Assembly (NCBI GenBank): GCA_012295275.1 | Contig: CM022665.1 | Location: forward strand, 48,484,001 to 48,548,000 | Length of the DNA: 64,000 nt | Source of the DNA: Chrysomallon squamiferum | Lineage: Eukaryota; Animalia; Mollusca | Direction of reading: 5' to 3' | Shown: positions 1 through 64,000 of the stretch, in pieces | Position numbering within the stretch: the first letter of the stretch is position 1 | Layout of the letters: each line of letters begins with the position of its first letter | Position numbers and translations under genes: made by a program | Notes under the pieces: generated by a model | What the model was told of the DNA's origin: nothing | Database searches by the model: none | What the model saw: the letters and a program-made list of their open reading frames with translations, nothing else

Positions 1-707
1 ATTAAAATGTCAACAGTATTTCTAGACATATATTCTAGAATCAGTTTGTTACAAATATGTTAGATGTAACAACACAATTAAAAACCAGCATCAAATTCAT
101 TTTAAAACTTTCCTAGGTATTACTGAGTCATTCAAAGTTACAACTGTTAATTAAAAATGTCAACAGTATTTCTAGACATATATTCTAGAATCAGTTTGTT
201 ACAAATATGTTAGAATGAACTTATATTCTAGAATCATTTTTTTTCATCAGTAAATATTCAAAGTTTGATGTAACCAAACAATTAAAAAGTTTGTTACAAA
301 TTCATTGGAATTATTTCTTAAAACTTTCCTCTGTATTACTGATACATTAATATGCTACAATATATTTTTTTGAATGAAAATTTCATCAATATACTGACAT
401 ATTCTAAAAACATAAACTCACATGTCTTAAAACAATTTATCACAAACATGTTAGCAGAAACAACAGAATCAAAAACCAGCATCAAATATGATTCAATTTT
501 TTTATATAAAAAGATGTCATCATTATATTCTAGAAATAAAAGCCCATGTATTTCAAAACAATTTATTACAAATATGTCACAATTTTATGAAAAAAAATAA
601 TGTCATCAGTATATTGACATATTAAAGAAATATAAACCCATGTATCTTATCAGTACAATTTATGACAAATGTGTAAAATTTTCAAACGTGGTTTCTGAGA
701 TACTTAC

Positions 708-63451
<62,744 letters not shown>

Positions 63452-63487
63452 CTAAATAAAGGTATCTACCAGGCAGGTATGCAGTAA

Positions 63488-63750
63488 CGTTTTTTTATTA
63501 CTGTTAGGAAATACTGACGTATGTATCAGGCAGATGTAGAATAATAGTTTTTATTACACTGTACTGTTAGGAAATACTGATATATAAGAGGCAGATAGAG
63601 AATAATAGTTTTTATTACACAGTACAGTTAGGAAATACTGACGTATGTATCAGGCAGATGTAGAATAATAGTTTTTATTACACTGTACTGTTAGAAAATA
63701 CTGATATGGAACAGGCCGATGTAGAATAATGGTTTTTTATTACACAGTTA
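63488..63750. repeat. ~61-bp tandem repeat
   Basis: Copies of TTTTTATTACACTGTACTGTTAGGAAATACTGA...GGCAGATGTAGAATAATAG. Confidence 0.87.
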
Positions 63751-63842
63751 TAAATCATCTGTTAGTCTCTCTGGTGTGCACTGTATTGTTTCTCAATAAA
63801 CACATATTTGTAAGTATCAAGTAACAAGTCAGATTGTATTAC

Positions 63843-63919
63843 CTGTGTCCTTCACAGTGTACGTCAGCCTCTGTTCCATATTCTGTTCTTCTTCCACATT
63901 TCTCAGTATACTGTTCCAT
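63843..63919 (-). CDS. Candidate upstream exon MEQYTEKCGRRTEYGTEADVHCEGH(S)
   Basis: ATG-initiated open frame ending in CAG|GTAATA in phase 2, compatible with both the 63451 and 47414 acceptors. No homology recognised. Confidence 0.3.
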
Positions 63920-64000
63920 TGAACCATGTATCAAAGTATCATTTGTAGTATTTCAGAGTACCTTTTACCAGCATTTAAGCTGAATAGTCTCCCATCATTG

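Noticed and set aside
352-600. 82-aa plus-strand ORF
   Set aside because: It lies in a degenerate AT-rich duplicated region, antisense to the gene, with no recognisable domain.

Overview
AT-rich, repeat-saturated animal genomic DNA. It is probably from an invertebrate and plausibly a mollusc, which is an inference from composition and protein divergence. It is not prokaryotic. Almost the whole window is one minus-strand gene, a type IV diacylglycerol kinase (DGK zeta/iota, Drosophila rdgA-like). I mapped 17 coding exons with GT-AG boundaries and consistent phases. They run from a large low-complexity N-terminal exon (62607-63451) through the two C1 domains, the MARCKS-like basic segment and the catalytic (GGDGT) and accessory domains to the WCFLD exon (708-798). 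The ankyrin/PDZ-binding end must lie left of position 1. The gene carries three lesions: a 1-nt frameshift near 62857, one C1b exon scrambled inside a (TG)n tract at about 21246-21314, and one C1a exon I could not find. Assembly error is the most likely cause of all three. The most notable pattern is that several intronic minisatellites are built from the functional splice sites themselves, giving arrays of decoy acceptors or donors in which only the array-terminal copy is productive. Other items are a 1.9-kb minisatellite with more than 30 perfect CRE palindromes, a Tigger4/MER46-like pogo MITE, an in-frame alternative acceptor, and a repeated LxVP+RxxSxD module in the N-terminal exon.
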